A DNA stretch of 64,000 bases from NCBI GenBank assembly GCA_937973585.1, contig CALJKN010000192.1:28733-92732 (forward strand), given 5' to 3'. The first letter of the stretch is position 1, and every line of letters begins with the position of its first letter. Made by a program: the position numbers and the translations under genes. The notes below the pieces were generated by a model, which was not told the DNA's origin, searched no databases, and worked only from the letters and a program-made list of their open reading frames with translations. Positions 52,681 to 64,000 of the stretch are shown here, piece by piece. Origin of the DNA: an uncultured Helicobacteraceae bacterium (GTDB lineage Bacteria; Campylobacterota; Campylobacteria; Campylobacterales; UBA6016).

Positions 52681-53133
52681 TTATAGAGTTTTTTTGAGTT
52701 CGTCAATAAGAGCATTCATCGATTCCTTATCTCTAAAGGATACGTTCACAGAGTAGCTACTCTTCTCTTTTTTGACCGTGTATAGCAGATTTAATGATTT
52801 TAGCCTATTCTCAACATTTTGTAGTTGCTCTTCGTCTAGTTTTGATATTGATAGAATATGGTAATACTCTTTGTCGTCGCTCTTTTGCTCTCCCAGATCT
52901 ATGCTGTATGTAGCCTCGATAGCAGGATATAAATCACCGGTTTTTTTTCCGGTTAGCCTGTCAAACCAACTCCCGATCCCGCTACCTCGCATATCAAGCG
53001 GGAGCTGTTTTATCGGTGTAACGGAGGTAGAAAAAATAACCTCCGTCGTCAGTTTAATATAAAAAAATACGCCGACTGCACCGCACAGAAGTAAGGCAGA
53101 CCATATCAATAAAAACAGTTTTTGTCTGCTCAT
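52681..53133 (-). CDS. Membrane-anchored hypothetical protein
   Basis: 150 aa with one N-terminal TM. No family recognised. Confidence 0.4.
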   Translation of the reverse strand: MSRQKLFLLIWSALLLCGAVGVFFYIKLTTEVIFSTSVTPIKQLPLDMRGSGIGSWFDRLTGKKTGDLYPAIEATYSIDLGEQKSDDKEYYHILSISKLDEEQLQNVENRLKSLNLLYTVKKEKSSYSVNVSFRDKESMNALIDELKKTL

Positions 53134-53142
53134 CTAGTCAAA

Positions 53143-54813
53143 TCAGCTTTTTATCTGTTCTCTAAGCGTCTGGTTGAAAAAAGGGTCATCTGAGCTTTTG
53201 TTTGCCTCCCTGATAGCCTCTTTCTCTTTGTCTTTTTGGACTTTTCTTGTAGAGAGCCTTATTTTGCTATCTTCCAAAATAACTATTGCCGCCTCTATAT
53301 CATCGCCTATTTTTAGTTCAGATGATTTTTTAGGGTATAGATCATCGTTTCTAATAAGGCCGTCAACACCTCTGGCAAGCTCAACAAATACGCCGAACTC
53401 TTTTATGTCCCTGATTTTGCCCGTTACTGTATCACCTATTTTGTGTGTTTTGGAGAAAGCTTTTGAAGGGTTTTCTTGCAATTCTTTTATACTCAACGAT
53501 ATCTTCTCTTTCTGAGCATCTATTTTGATGATTTTAACATCTACACTATCACCTTCTTTTAGGAAGTCTTTGCACTTTTCATCCCTAAACCATGAGGCAT
53601 CTTCGTTGTGTAGCAACCCTTCAACTTCACCTATTTTTACGAATGCGCCGAAATCGGTAACCGATGTAACCACCCCTTTGACGCTCTGTCCTACGGAAAA
53701 ATCAGATGAGAATTTATCAAAAGGTTTTTGTAAAAGTCTTTTTACCGATAGTCTTAGCTTTCTATTTTGCAAATCAAGCTCTATAATCTCGGCATTTAGC
53801 TCTTGCCCTACAGTCAACACCTCGCTTGGATGTTTGATATTTTTCTGCCATGAGATCTCTGAGATATGCAAAAAGCCTTCGATATCATTGCCGATATCTA
53901 AAAATGCACCGTAATTTTCTATATTTGATACGGTAGCTTTTACTGCATCGCCCACCTCAAGCTCATTTTTTATATCTTCCCACGGATCAGACATCGCAGC
54001 TTTGATAGAGAATGAAAGATGCTTTTTCTCTTTGTCGTAGTTGATTGCTTTTACAGCTACATTATCACCTATACTGTACATCGTAGATGGATTTACCGGA
54101 CCTTTATAGCTTATCTCATTGTAATGCACGAGACCGTCTATGCCGTCAACCTCAACAAAAAGGCCGTAACTTGCTATTTTTTTGACAATACCGTCTACAA
54201 CTTCACCGTCTTCGATAAGTCTTTTTATTACGTCTCTTTTGGCTTTTCTCTTATCGTTTAACAGTTTTTTTCTGGATATTATGATGGAGCCGCTGTTTTC
54301 ATCTACTTTTACTATGACGGCCGATACCCTTTTGCCTATAGTATCTTTTTCATCTTTTTTAATAAGAGCAAGGGAGTTAGGGAGGAAAAATTCAACCTCA
54401 TTGTCGTCTTCGACTACAAAACCGCCTTTATTTTTCTTAGTTATAACACCCTCAACGGCTATATCCCTACTTTCAAAATCCATTACCGATTTAGCAAAAG
54501 CGGTTTGAACCTCTTTTTTTACTGCATTCTTGTGCGATATTATCGGCCTTTCGTTTTTTGCGCCGGAAATTGCAACTAAAATTTTATCACCTACTGCAAA
54601 TTTGAAAGAGCCGTCTTTGTTTTTTATCTCAGAAACAGGCAGTCTACCCTCTATTTTTTTACCTACATCCACCGATGCGTAATCGTCTTTTATATCGACT
54701 ATCACACCCTCTACAACCCTGTCGCTCTTCTCGTTTTTAAACGACTCCTCGAGCATTGCGGCAAAATCTTCCTCTTCGCCTATCTCTTCAAAACCCATCG
54801 GCCCCTGAATCAT
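53143..54813 (-). CDS. rpsA: 30S ribosomal protein S1
   Basis: 556 aa. Six S1 repeats (e.g. GIVKKIASYGLFVEV, ATVSNIENYGAFLDI). Confidence 0.9.
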   Translation of the reverse strand: MIQGPMGFEEIGEEEDFAAMLEESFKNEKSDRVVEGVIVDIKDDYASVDVGKKIEGRLPVSEIKNKDGSFKFAVGDKILVAISGAKNERPIISHKNAVKKEVQTAFAKSVMDFESRDIAVEGVITKKNKGGFVVEDDNEVEFFLPNSLALIKKDEKDTIGKRVSAVIVKVDENSGSIIISRKKLLNDKRKAKRDVIKRLIEDGEVVDGIVKKIASYGLFVEVDGIDGLVHYNEISYKGPVNPSTMYSIGDNVAVKAINYDKEKKHLSFSIKAAMSDPWEDIKNELEVGDAVKATVSNIENYGAFLDIGNDIEGFLHISEISWQKNIKHPSEVLTVGQELNAEIIELDLQNRKLRLSVKRLLQKPFDKFSSDFSVGQSVKGVVTSVTDFGAFVKIGEVEGLLHNEDASWFRDEKCKDFLKEGDSVDVKIIKIDAQKEKISLSIKELQENPSKAFSKTHKIGDTVTGKIRDIKEFGVFVELARGVDGLIRNDDLYPKKSSELKIGDDIEAAIVILEDSKIRLSTRKVQKDKEKEAIREANKSSDDPFFNQTLREQIKS

Positions 54814-54856
54814 TGAAATCCCTTTTGTTTTTGTTATTATGATTGCCTTACTTAGC

Positions 54857-55687
54857 TTAAAATTTGCTTACCTTATCTATTACTCCCGTTATTACCCAAT
54901 CCGGAGTTGAAGCCCCAGCCGTAATTCCGCATAGTTTTTTGCCATTTAACCAGTTTTCGTCTATATCTTCACTTGACTCAACAAGGTAGCTCTCATCGCA
55001 GTTTTTCTTGCATATTTCCAAAAGCTGCTTTGTATTTGATGAGTTTTTACCCCCGACAACAAGGACGATATCGGCCTCTTTTGATAGTTTTTTTGCAGCC
55101 TCCTGATTTTCACCGGTAGCGTTACAGATTGTATTAAACACCCTAACCTCTTTTGAGGCTAGAATTAACTTTGAGACTATCTCCATAAACTCATCAAATT
55201 TTCTGGTCGTCTGTGAAACTACGGCCACCCTCTCTCTAATACAAAGCGTATCAAGCTCACTCGGTTCTAAAACCACAAAAACACCGCTTTTTTCACTCGC
55301 ATAACTCATAACCCCTTTTACCTCTGGGTGATTCTGATCCCCGAATATAACAATGTCATATCCCTCTTCCGACATTTTTTTGCAAATCTCTTGAGGTTTT
55401 GTGACATACGGGCAGGTTGCATCTACAATACTAAAATCGTTTTGCTTTAGTCTATCAAGCTCGTTTTTTTGTATCCCGTGTGTCCTGATTACAACCGTTC
55501 TATCGGAACTCAAAGCATCAAAATCTTCAACTAAACCGACATTAAAGCCGCTTTTTAGCCTCTCTATCTCCATTTTGTTATGGATTAGAGGGCCGTATGT
55601 TGCGCTATTGGGGGTATTTTCTGCTATTTTTATAGCCCTTTTAACCCCAAAGCAAAAACCGTAGTTTTCAGCTAGTTTATAGTTCAT
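54857..55687 (-). CDS. ispH: 4-hydroxy-3-methylbut-2-enyl diphosphate reductase
   Basis: [19 protein letters not shown]..., [16 protein letters not shown] prefer ATG 55687; the track N-extension runs into aroA. Overlaps the aroA stop by 11 nt. Confidence 0.9.
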   Translation of the reverse strand: MNYKLAENYGFCFGVKRAIKIAENTPNSATYGPLIHNKMEIERLKSGFNVGLVEDFDALSSDRTVVIRTHGIQKNELDRLKQNDFSIVDATCPYVTKPQEICKKMSEEGYDIVIFGDQNHPEVKGVMSYASEKSGVFVVLEPSELDTLCIRERVAVVSQTTRKFDEFMEIVSKLILASKEVRVFNTICNATGENQEAAKKLSKEADIVLVVGGKNSSNTKQLLEICKKNCDESYLVESSEDIDENWLNGKKLCGITAGASTPDWVITGVIDKVSKF

Positions 55688-56981
55688 AAACCGCCGTCTC
55701 TGTAATTTTGGATAAAAGCTCGATAAAGTTTGGGAAAGATGTACTGACTGCCTCAAAACCGTCTATCTCTCCACCGCATTTGAGGGCGGCTATTGCAAAA
55801 CTCATAGCGATTCGATGGTCGCCGAAGCTGGTTACGTGAGCCGGCTTTAAAGAGCCTCCGGATATCCTATATCCGTCGTCAAACTCTTCACAACTTACCC
55901 CAAAAGCCTTCAGATTGTCCATTACGGTTGTTATCCTATCGGACTCTTTAACCCTTAGCTCTTTCGCATTTTTGACAACACTCTCCCCTTCGGCTACAGC
56001 CATAGCAATAGACAGCGCCGGAAGCTCGTCTATGAGCCATGATATATTTTCACAAACCTCGACAGCTTTTAGTTTTGCACCCTGCACAATGATGTCGCCT
56101 ATCGGCTCATAAACGTTTTCTCTCTCGATAAATTCGACTTTAGCCCCCATTTTTTGGAGTACGACAAAAGCCTCTATTCTAGTCGGATTTAACGTCAGAT
56201 TTTTCAGTGTTACTTTTGATCCCTCAGTAATAGCGGCAGCAACTGCGAAGAAAAAAGCACTGGATGGATCAGAGGGAACACCCATGTGAAGTGGTTTTAG
56301 CGGCTTTGTCATTGGAGAGACGTGTATTTTGCCATCCTCTACTTTTATGTCGGCTCCCATTCCGGCTAACATCCTCTCTGTATGGTCACGACTAAGCTCC
56401 GGTTCGCTGATTACGGACGGCGATTTTGCATTTAGTGCCGCCAAGACAAGGGCGCTTTTGACCTGAGCCGACGATATTTTACTCTCAAAAACAATTCCAT
56501 CCAGCTTGACCCCACGTATTGCAAGAGGGGCTAAATTTCCACACTCTCTGCCGTCTATCGATGCACCTACGCTTCTGAGTGGATCCGCAACCCTCCTCAT
56601 CGGTCTTCGTCTCAAATATTTATCGCCGGTCAAAACAAAAAAACCGTCTATAGACGACAAAAAACCGGACATTAGACGGATGGTCGTACCGGAATTTCCG
56701 CAATCTAGCACATCGGATGGCTCTACCAGTTTCTCCGGAGGGGTTATCGTTAGCGTATCACCGTCCCACTCCGCTTTTGCCCCAAGAGCTACCGCAATAC
56801 CCAGAGAGTTTAGCGTATCCTCTGCTTTTAGAAAATTTTTTATAACCGAGGGTTTATCCGAGAGTAGTGAAAAAATGGCGCATCTGTGCGAAATAGACTT
56901 ATCGGATGCAATCGTATCTATCTGAATATCGAATTTTCCGCTTTTGTGTACCCGAAGCCCTTTACTAAACTCTTTTGACAT
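55677..56981 (-). CDS. aroA: 3-phosphoshikimate 1-carboxyvinyltransferase
   Basis: 434 aa. EPSP synthase motifs ([24 protein letters not shown]). Confidence 0.9.
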   Translation of the reverse strand: MSKEFSKGLRVHKSGKFDIQIDTIASDKSISHRCAIFSLLSDKPSVIKNFLKAEDTLNSLGIAVALGAKAEWDGDTLTITPPEKLVEPSDVLDCGNSGTTIRLMSGFLSSIDGFFVLTGDKYLRRRPMRRVADPLRSVGASIDGRECGNLAPLAIRGVKLDGIVFESKISSAQVKSALVLAALNAKSPSVISEPELSRDHTERMLAGMGADIKVEDGKIHVSPMTKPLKPLHMGVPSDPSSAFFFAVAAAITEGSKVTLKNLTLNPTRIEAFVVLQKMGAKVEFIERENVYEPIGDIIVQGAKLKAVEVCENISWLIDELPALSIAMAVAEGESVVKNAKELRVKESDRITTVMDNLKAFGVSCEEFDDGYRISGGSLKPAHVTSFGDHRIAMSFAIAALKCGGEIDGFEAVSTSFPNFIELLSKITETAVYEL

Positions 56982-59329
56982 TATTTTAGCCCTATTCCAA
57001 GTTCGCTTTGCAGTGCCGCAAGAGCCTTATCGACTACGCCGACTATATCCCTCTCCTCCAAAGTCCTCTCATTTGATTGCATCACGAGCCTAATCGTAAG
57101 CGCTATATGCTCTTTATCGGATTTGTCTTTGTAGACATCTATCGGATAAAACTCTTTTAATAACGGTTCACAGAGTGAGTCGAGACATTTTTTTATAGGG
57201 GCAAACGCAAAAGTAGAAGAGACATTTAGAGTAATATCTCTATCGCTTTTTTGGAATTTTGAAAACTCTGCTGCTTTAACTTTTTTTTGCGTACCGCTTC
57301 CTACCGAAATCTCACACACAAAAGTATCTTTTAATTCAAAAAACTCTTCTGCGCCATGGTTCAGTTTTGAGATAAACCCTATATTTGCACCGTCTTTAAT
57401 AATTCTGGCGTATTGATAAGGGTGGAAAAACTCGGATTTCGGCTCCTCTTGGACAAGCTCCACTTCACCTATTATATTTACGATTTTAGAGATAAAACCG
57501 CCGAGATCCATCATAGCCGGTTTTCCGCTATTTTTTATCCCCTCAAAAGAGTCTGCTCCGCTCCACACGAATGCCATCGAATGACTCTCTGACCTATCGG
57601 CGGCAAAAACGGTTCCGGATTCAAAAAGGGCAATCTTTTTTTGTGAGTTTTTGCCGTTTTTGGATGCCGAAGAGAGGATATTTAAAAGTAGAGTACTCCT
57701 AAGAGTGTTGAGCTCGGACGTTATCGGATTTAGTAGCTCCAAAGACTCATCCAAACTCTCAAAACCAAATCTCTCCTGCAGGGTTCTGTCGGCAAAAATA
57801 AAATGGACGCTCTCAAAAAATCCTTGAGCCGCCGCCTTTTCTCTTAATTTTTTAAGATAGAGATATTTTGAATAAGATTCGTTTATCCTGTTTTTTTCGC
57901 AAAAAGACATAGGCACCGATGCAATAGTGTCAATTCCTTTAATCCTGACTATCTCCTCTGCCAAATCATAGACGTTTGATATATCGTGCCTAAATGCCGG
58001 AATCTGAACTACACAACTGTCAAACTCTGCATTTACGGTCACGCCGAAATATAGTTTTCTGAGGAGTGTAACAATGTGGTTTTTATCGAGAGCGGCACCG
58101 ACAATCGTATTTATCTTGCCGATATCGACCTTTATAGGGTCTTTGCCTATCGGTTTTTCATCTTCGGCTAATCCGGCATAAAACACGACATCGCAACACT
58201 TTGACATCATTCCGGCGGCGTAGTTAATCCCTAAAGATAGATTCGGCTCACTCCCCCTAGAGCTTCTAAAGTATAAACTGTCGTCTTTTTGTTTATCACC
58301 CCAATTCGCCTCCAAAACAACATTCGGCGGGATATACGTAGCGCACAGCAATATATTTTCATCTGTCTCTTTTGGCTTGCTATCATCCAACTGTCTAACG
58401 CCGATAGTTAAAAGCTCCCCTTTTTTACCGCCGATAACCTCTAGCCCACTATCTAACGTATCAATTTTGACGTCTATTTTCCCCTCTGTTTTTGAAAAGG
58501 AGCTATCTCCCAAAAATGCTACGTTTACCCCTACGGCTTTTGCCGTATAGTCGCAAATCTTGTCGAGAGTTTTTTTTGTGTGGCTACCGTCCTCAAACAG
58601 CGAAAGTCTAAGATCAACCAAAAACGAATCGTTAACGGATGTACTTGACGCATCATAAACTCTAAAGGCGGTATTGGCCGATATTTTTGAGTTTGAGTGC
58701 AAAGACAATATTCTGCCAATCCCTTTTTCGCTCTCTTTTATTGCTTTTACATCTATCTCTTTTAGCTCAAGACCATAGTATGCGCCAAGCTCTCTGGCTA
58801 TTCCGTAGACACTTAGGCAGTCCCCTCTGTTAGGTGTAATCTCGACCTCAAAAACAGAGTCTGCAATCTGTGGATAATGAGCAAGCTCTTCACCGATTTT
58901 TATTTTTTCTATACTGCCGTCTAAAATCATAATCCCGTCATTTGACTTCGGCAATCCAAGCTCCGTGGACGAACAGAGCATACCATAGCTTTGAACACCT
59001 CTAAGCTCTGCGTGTTTTATCGTTACCCCACCGGGGAGTTTTGCCCCTATCGTAGCAAGCGCCACAAGTGCATCTTTTTTGACATTTTGCGCTCCGCATA
59101 CGATATCCTGTACCCCGATACCGCTATCTACTTTGCAAACCGATAGTTTATCGGCATTTGGATGTTTTTCAAAGTCTATTATTTTCCCCACAACTACCCC
59201 TTTCGGTAGCTCCAGTTTTTTATATGCGGCAACCTCAATACCGGTTTTATTTAGGGTATCCATAATCTGGACATCGGATATAGCCTCAATATCTATAAAT
59301 TCAGATAACCAACTTCTAGTAAAAATCAT
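56981..59329 (-). CDS. pheT: Phenylalanine-tRNA ligase beta subunit
   Basis: 782 aa. tRNA-binding OB domain, B3/4, B5 and FDX-ACB domains in order. Confidence 0.95.
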   Translation of the reverse strand: MIFTRSWLSEFIDIEAISDVQIMDTLNKTGIEVAAYKKLELPKGVVVGKIIDFEKHPNADKLSVCKVDSGIGVQDIVCGAQNVKKDALVALATIGAKLPGGVTIKHAELRGVQSYGMLCSSTELGLPKSNDGIMILDGSIEKIKIGEELAHYPQIADSVFEVEITPNRGDCLSVYGIARELGAYYGLELKEIDVKAIKESEKGIGRILSLHSNSKISANTAFRVYDASSTSVNDSFLVDLRLSLFEDGSHTKKTLDKICDYTAKAVGVNVAFLGDSSFSKTEGKIDVKIDTLDSGLEVIGGKKGELLTIGVRQLDDSKPKETDENILLCATYIPPNVVLEANWGDKQKDDSLYFRSSRGSEPNLSLGINYAAGMMSKCCDVVFYAGLAEDEKPIGKDPIKVDIGKINTIVGAALDKNHIVTLLRKLYFGVTVNAEFDSCVVQIPAFRHDISNVYDLAEEIVRIKGIDTIASVPMSFCEKNRINESYSKYLYLKKLREKAAAQGFFESVHFIFADRTLQERFGFESLDESLELLNPITSELNTLRSTLLLNILSSASKNGKNSQKKIALFESGTVFAADRSESHSMAFVWSGADSFEGIKNSGKPAMMDLGGFISKIVNIIGEVELVQEEPKSEFFHPYQYARIIKDGANIGFISKLNHGAEEFFELKDTFVCEISVGSGTQKKVKAAEFSKFQKSDRDITLNVSSTFAFAPIKKCLDSLCEPLLKEFYPIDVYKDKSDKEHIALTIRLVMQSNERTLEERDIVGVVDKALAALQSELGIGLK

Positions 59330-60318
59330 ACAAATTGCTCCAACAGTCTAAGATCTCCCTCAAATAGCGACCTCATATCCGAGGTGTTATTTAGTAGCAT
59401 CGAAAATCTTTCGACTCCGAGGCCGAATGCGTATCCGCTTACGTTTTTATATCCTACCGCCTCAAAAACGTTAGGATCCACTACGCCGCATCCCAGTACT
59501 TCCAACCACCCGGTTTGCTTGCACACCCTACAGCCGTCACCGCCGCAAAATACACACGATATATCGACCTCGGCCGACGGCTCCGTAAACGGGAAAAAGC
59601 TAGGCCTGAACCTGACTTTTATATCGCCGAACATATATTTTAGGAAGTCTTCCAAAAGAGATTTTAGGTTTGCAAACGAAACCTTATCCCCCTCCTCTAC
59701 CACAAGCCCTTCAACCTGATGAAACATAGGGACGTGAGTAAGATCATAGTCTCTTCTACAGACTGCCCCAGGAGCTATCATCCTGATCGGCGGCTTAGAG
59801 TTTAGCATCGTTCTTATCTGGACACTTGACGTATGGGTGCGAAGCAGCATGGAGTCTTTCATATAAAAAGTATCCTGCATATCCCTTGCCGGATGGTGTT
59901 TTGGGAGGTTTAGAGCCTCAAAGTTATTAAAATCGTTCTCCACTATCGGACCGGTCTCAATCGAAAAGTTTTGGGAGGCAAAATACTCAATCATCTTGTC
60001 CATAGTGGCTAAAACCGGATGGAGTGCACCGGAACCGATTCTTGTATCAAGAAGGGTTATATCCACCCTCTCCTTTTCGAGTTTTAGCTTCAGAGCCTCA
60101 GCACTAAGGGCTGCCTTTTTCTCATCAAGGGCAACACGCATCCCCTCTTTAATCTCGTTTAGCACTTTTGCCAGATTCTTTTTCTCTTCACCGTCTAGAG
60201 TTTTCATTTTTTCAAACTCTGCGGCCAAAAACCCTTTTTTCCCGAAAACCTCGATCCGTAGCTCTTCAAGTTTATCAAGATTTTTGCATTTCTCTACTTT
60301 TTTTAGCCAATCTTGCAA
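59326..60318 (-). CDS. pheS: Phenylalanine-tRNA ligase alpha subunit
   Basis: 330 aa. Class II aaRS motifs ([34 protein letters not shown]). Confidence 0.95.
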   Translation of the reverse strand: MQDWLKKVEKCKNLDKLEELRIEVFGKKGFLAAEFEKMKTLDGEEKKNLAKVLNEIKEGMRVALDEKKAALSAEALKLKLEKERVDITLLDTRIGSGALHPVLATMDKMIEYFASQNFSIETGPIVENDFNNFEALNLPKHHPARDMQDTFYMKDSMLLRTHTSSVQIRTMLNSKPPIRMIAPGAVCRRDYDLTHVPMFHQVEGLVVEEGDKVSFANLKSLLEDFLKYMFGDIKVRFRPSFFPFTEPSAEVDISCVFCGGDGCRVCKQTGWLEVLGCGVVDPNVFEAVGYKNVSGYAFGLGVERFSMLLNNTSDMRSLFEGDLRLLEQFV

Positions 60319-60404
60319 AACTAATATTCCTTTGTACCGTGTATTTATGGTATTTTACTATAGAGTTCATTATAATAGCCGAGGTAAAACTCAAAGGAGC
60401 TTCG

Positions 60405-60767
60405 ATGGAAACGGTATTTCATAAAATTTTAAAAGGGGAGATACCCTGCTCAAAAGTATACGAAGATGAGCATACTCTGGCCTTTCACGACATCAATCCG
60501 AAAGCGCCTATTCATATACTCGTAATTCCAAAAATATTTTCAAAAGATTTTGAAGATGTAGAGAATGATCCACTAATACATATGGCAAAAGCGGTTAGAG
60601 AGGTTGCGAAAATCACCGGCTTAAACGAGAGCGGCTATAGACTCATTACAAACATCGGAAAAGATGGCGGACAAGAGGTGCCATATATCCATTTTCACGT
60701 TTTGGGCGGCAAAAAACTAAAGTGGACCCATTTAGCAGATGAGACGGAAAGTCACAAAGCTATGTAA
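60405..60767 (+). CDS. HIT-family nucleotide hydrolase/transferase
   Basis: 120 aa from ATG 60405 (AAAGGAG RBS; TATAAT at 60371-60376). Contains FHDINPKAPIHILVIPK and IHFHVLGG. The track N-extension overlaps pheS antisense and is rejected. Confidence 0.85.
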   Translation: METVFHKILKGEIPCSKVYEDEHTLAFHDINPKAPIHILVIPKIFSKDFEDVENDPLIHMAKAVREVAKITGLNESGYRLITNIGKDGGQEVPYIHFHVLGGKKLKWTHLADETESHKAM

Positions 60768-60860
60768 CCCGCCTACGCCTTTCTGCCGCTTTTGCGGCTA
60801 ACTTTAGCGCCTCGGCGGCCAGCGTAGCCGGACGGGCTTCGCTCGTCCGTGCGTACTACC

Positions 60861-61325
60861 TTAATTACAGCAACCGCCTATGTCTTCGGTCATATATTCA
60901 ACTCCGACTTTTGATATCTTGGCATTTTTTACTATCTCTACCCCGTTTTGAATAATCGTATAAGTCAAATCTACGCAATTTCTAACAGTATTGATTGTTG
61001 AACAATATGTCTCGATGCTTGACATAACCCATCTTTTTACCATTGTCTCGTCGGCATCACAGTCGATTTTGTAGAGTATTTCGGCAGAGTTAAATTTTTT
61101 TGGAAAATCCTCATTTCTAACACCGTTCATACTCATTGAAAAAGATTTTACCTCTATGCTATTTTTCTCAGCCATAGCTACTATATCGACACCGGAACAC
61201 GATATAAGCCCCAATCCGAAATATTCAAGAGGGGTTATCACGGTTGGATCTATCACAAAAGAGCCGCCACCGCCAAAAGCCTCAAATTTTTTACCGTCAA
61301 TATGTTTTATCTCTAACTTCATCAA
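60861..61325 (-). CDS. OsmC/Ohr-like small redox protein
   Basis: 154 aa. OsmC-like spacing with Cys in GLISCSG and ETYCSTIN. Unusual C-terminus GGCCN. Confidence 0.55.
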   Translation of the reverse strand: MMKLEIKHIDGKKFEAFGGGGSFVIDPTVITPLEYFGLGLISCSGVDIVAMAEKNSIEVKSFSMSMNGVRNEDFPKKFNSAEILYKIDCDADETMVKRWVMSSIETYCSTINTVRNCVDLTYTIIQNGVEIVKNAKISKVGVEYMTEDIGGCCN

Positions 61326-61326
61326 C

Positions 61327-63876
61327 CTAGTCCTTAAAATTTATCTGTGCCAATTCATGCTTTAAAGTATGTATCGCCTCGCCGTAATCAAAATCGTGAA
61401 CTCCAGATAACGCCTTTTGCTCTATCACAAGGCTTATCTCTCTAAGCTTGTCAAGCCTTAGATTTCCGGCGGCACCTTTGATTTTGTGAGCATAGTTGCC
61501 AAGCTCTTTTAAATCGCCTCTGCCAAAAGCATCCTCCAAAGAGGCTAGGTCTTCGGCTGCTTCAACGGCGAAGTCCTCCAATAGCATCATTAGGCTCTCT
61601 TTGTCTAGGCCAAGCGCCTCCTCCAAAATACACAACAAATCTTCAGTTGTCCTCTCCGGCTTTGTCGCTATATCATCCGGTCTCTCGCTCAAAATCTCCA
61701 ATATAGCCCTCTCCTCTAAAGGTTTTTGCAGATATCCGTCAAATCCGATAGCAATATACTTCTCCCTATCTCCGGTCAACGCATTCGCTGTCAAAGCGGC
61801 GATATACGGAGCCTTCTCTTTGTATTTTTCCCTTATAGCGACCAATGTTTCAACACCGTCGAGATTTGGCATATTAATATCCAAAAAGACAAAATCAAAT
61901 TTCTCTCTCTCAAGTGCATACAGAGCTTGCAAGCCGTCGCCTACGACCGAAGATACGTAACCGTGCTTGGAAAGTATCGCCGCTACAAGTTTTTGATTTA
62001 CCGTATTATCATCGGCAACTAATACTTTTACCGTTTGGGAGTGCTTTTTGACATCTTCCACTTTTTTCTCTATCGGCTGAAAATCGGTTTTTGAAAGCGC
62101 TTTGACTATTTTTGTGGCATTTATCGGGTACTTGACTATAGCAGATCCCACCATCCCGTCGTTACCGTAAAAAGGGCTTGACGATATTATGATAGTTTTT
62201 TGAGGGTCGTCCGAATATTTTATTCCGCTCTCACACACAAAGGTCTTGTCGGCGTTTTGAATACCCCCTACGGTTCCCGTCGTATAAGTCAGATTTAGCG
62301 ACTCCAGATATCTTGCAAGCAGCAAAACGGCACTTTTGTCGATGGAGCCGTCAATAAGAGTGCTATATTTCCCTTCAGCTGTTATAGATGGGGCATAATC
62401 GGCTATATCGGTTTTTAACTCAAACCAAAATCTACTCCCGCTCCCCTCTTCGCTATCAACCGCAAGCTTACCCCCCATTAGCGAAACTAGGTTTGAGGAT
62501 ATCGACAGCCCGAGTCCTGTACCGCCGTATTTACGTGATATTCCGGCATCCGCTTGCGAGAACGGAGAGAAGATCTTTTCCGATTTATCCTTAGATATCC
62601 CTATGCCCTCGTCAATCACCTCAAAAAGTATAGTAGCACAGCCGTCGTCTATGCCGCTCAAAATCACGTTAACGTTAATGTGCTTCTCTTCAGGAGTAAA
62701 TTTTATAGCATTTGATAGGAGGTTGAGGATAATCTGTTTTATTCTAAGCGGATCTCCGATAATTTTTTTAGGCAACCTGGGGTCTATAAACGTCAGCAGC
62801 TTAATCCGTTTCTCATAAGCCTTCATCGCAAATAGCTCAACGGCAGACTCAAACTCCTCCAGAGGCTCAAACTCTGCTTTTTCTATCTCAAATGAACCAC
62901 TCTCTATTTTCGAGTAATCCAATATATCGTTTATTATGGCCAAAAGGCTTTTGCCGCTTGATTCTATAATGGAGATATACTCGTCTCTGACCGACTTCAT
63001 CTCGGTCTCTTTTAGTAGCGACGTAAACCCGAGTATTGCGTTTAGCGGAGTTCTAATCTCGTGGCTCATGGCAGCCAAAAAGTCCCCTTTTGCTTTTTCG
63101 GCAAGCTTTGCACGCAAAAGGGCGTTTTCAAGGGCGGTAACGTCGGTTCTAATAGAGATGTACTCCTCTATCTCTCCGTTTTCATCCACAATCGGCAAAA
63201 CTGTCGTATCAACTATATATGTCTCATTGGTTTTGGAGAGATTTTTTACTATCCCTCTCCAAATTTTTTTTGCCTTCACGGTACTCCATAAATCGGCAAA
63301 AGTCTCTTTTGGCATATCGGCATGCCTGATTATATTATGGGATTTGCCGATTAGCTCATCTTTTGAGTATCCGGAGACGTTACAAAAAAGTTCGTTGACG
63401 TATGTAATAATACCGTTCTTATCAGCTTTGGAGACTATGTTTGCAGCATCTACGGCACTTTTGTATTGTTCCAAAAGGGCAGTTTTTTGCCTGTTATCCC
63501 TTTGGAGATTGACAATCTCGCCAACCATTACGAGAGCCTCTTTTAACTGCTCAAGTTCTATCGGTTTAACTAAAAAGTTTGTTACCCCTAGCCTAATAGC
63601 CTCCAAAAAATGCTCAGTCTCATTGTGAGCCGTGATTGCCACTATAGGGATTAGCTTGTCTTTTTTTCTGACCTCTGCCGCCATCTCAAATCCGGTCATC
63701 CTCGGCATTTTAACGTCGGTGATGATGATATCCGGATTTTTTTCATAGTAAAGACCGAGAGCCTCCTCGCCGTTTGTTGCGACGTATACCTCTTTGGTTA
63801 ATTTACCCAGTATCCTCTCGAAAATATTTCTTATCTGCTCTTCGTCTTCGGCGTAGAGGACTCTTAAATCAAACAA
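61327..63876 (-). CDS. Hybrid sensor histidine kinase (REC-PAS-HisKA-HATPase-REC-HPt)
   Basis: 849 aa. N-terminal receiver (YAEDEE, ITDVKMP), PAS, canonical H-box AAMSHEIRTPLNAI, N/G boxes, second receiver (LVADDN, FLDINMP), HPt (HKIKGAAGNL). Only a TTG start is available after the in-frame purH stop. Confidence 0.85.
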   Translation of the reverse strand: MFDLRVLYAEDEEQIRNIFERILGKLTKEVYVATNGEEALGLYYEKNPDIIITDVKMPRMTGFEMAAEVRKKDKLIPIVAITAHNETEHFLEAIRLGVTNFLVKPIELEQLKEALVMVGEIVNLQRDNRQKTALLEQYKSAVDAANIVSKADKNGIITYVNELFCNVSGYSKDELIGKSHNIIRHADMPKETFADLWSTVKAKKIWRGIVKNLSKTNETYIVDTTVLPIVDENGEIEEYISIRTDVTALENALLRAKLAEKAKGDFLAAMSHEIRTPLNAILGFTSLLKETEMKSVRDEYISIIESSGKSLLAIINDILDYSKIESGSFEIEKAEFEPLEEFESAVELFAMKAYEKRIKLLTFIDPRLPKKIIGDPLRIKQIILNLLSNAIKFTPEEKHINVNVILSGIDDGCATILFEVIDEGIGISKDKSEKIFSPFSQADAGISRKYGGTGLGLSISSNLVSLMGGKLAVDSEEGSGSRFWFELKTDIADYAPSITAEGKYSTLIDGSIDKSAVLLLARYLESLNLTYTTGTVGGIQNADKTFVCESGIKYSDDPQKTIIISSSPFYGNDGMVGSAIVKYPINATKIVKALSKTDFQPIEKKVEDVKKHSQTVKVLVADDNTVNQKLVAAILSKHGYVSSVVGDGLQALYALEREKFDFVFLDINMPNLDGVETLVAIREKYKEKAPYIAALTANALTGDREKYIAIGFDGYLQKPLEERAILEILSERPDDIATKPERTTEDLLCILEEALGLDKESLMMLLEDFAVEAAEDLASLEDAFGRGDLKELGNYAHKIKGAAGNLRLDKLREISLVIEQKALSGVHDFDYGEAIHTLKHELAQINFKD

Positions 63877-63885
63877 GCGCCATCC

Positions 63886-64000
63886 CTAGTGTAAAAAGTG
63901 TCTAACTCCGGTAAAATACATAGCCATCCCATATTCGTTTGCGGCCTCCACCACCTCTTCGTCTCTCATGCTACCGCCAGGCTCTACGATAGCCGATACC
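63886..64000 (-). CDS. purH: Bifunctional AICAR transformylase/IMP cyclohydrolase PurH, C-terminal end (5' part outside window)
   Basis: My reverse translation gives [37 protein letters not shown]-stop, the conserved PurH C-terminus. Confidence 0.8.
   Translation of the reverse strand, partial: VSAIVEPGGSMRDEEVVEAANEYGMAMYFTGVRHFLH

Noticed and set aside
54857-55756. Track N-terminal extensions of ispH (to 55756) and of the HIT gene (60168..60404).
   Set aside because: Both extensions run through the coding region or opposite strand of well-supported neighbours (aroA, pheS). Conserved N-termini with RBSs exist at 55687 and 60405.

Overview
AT-rich, densely coding chromosomal window with gene content and synteny typical of Campylobacterota (epsilonproteobacteria). 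Most genes lie on the minus strand. I saw no transposase, integrase, prophage, CRISPR array or rRNA. All calls rest on reading the translated ORFs and the DNA by eye; no searches or folding programs were run.

Four blocks:
- (1) 0.4-10.3 kb: a tightly packed chemosensory operon, cheY-cheW-MCP-MCP-STAS-cheA-cheR-(His-less kinase)-cheD-cheB, ending in a translationally coupled 2-hydroxyacid dehydrogenase.
- (2) 11.6-33 kb: genes needed to build a periplasmic Mo/W- and selenocysteine-dependent formate dehydrogenase. These are moeA, a ModE-like HTH, a degenerate NifS-like protein, a WtpA/ModA-type ABC importer, fdhD, fdhCBA, a Tat-signal peptide protein, a TorD-like chaperone, a polyferredoxin, yedF-like, selD, tRNA-Sec, selA and selB. 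A radical-type dehydratase/activase pair sits at the left edge.
- (3) 33-41.4 kb: atpE, pnp, an envelope cluster (J-domain protein, MCE protein, lptD, RDD protein), purD, and a roughly 200-nt rod-shaped RNA upstream of purD that fits the epsilonproteobacterial purD-motif/6S RNA.
- (4) 41.5-64 kb: a zinc-ribbon/class III cyclase/STAND-ATPase/TPR giant, efp, a tripartite RND efflux pump, serA, rpsA, ispH, aroA, pheST, a HIT protein, an OsmC-like protein, a hybrid sensor kinase and the purH 3' end.

Two genes (fdhA, selD) are split in the ORF track by in-frame UGA codons that I read as selenocysteine.

The most unusual content is in the chemosensory operon. It carries a kinase paralog whose phospho-acceptor His is Asn although its ATP-binding boxes are intact. 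A STAS-like protein overlaps cheA. Two tandem MCPs show a mosaic gene-conversion pattern.
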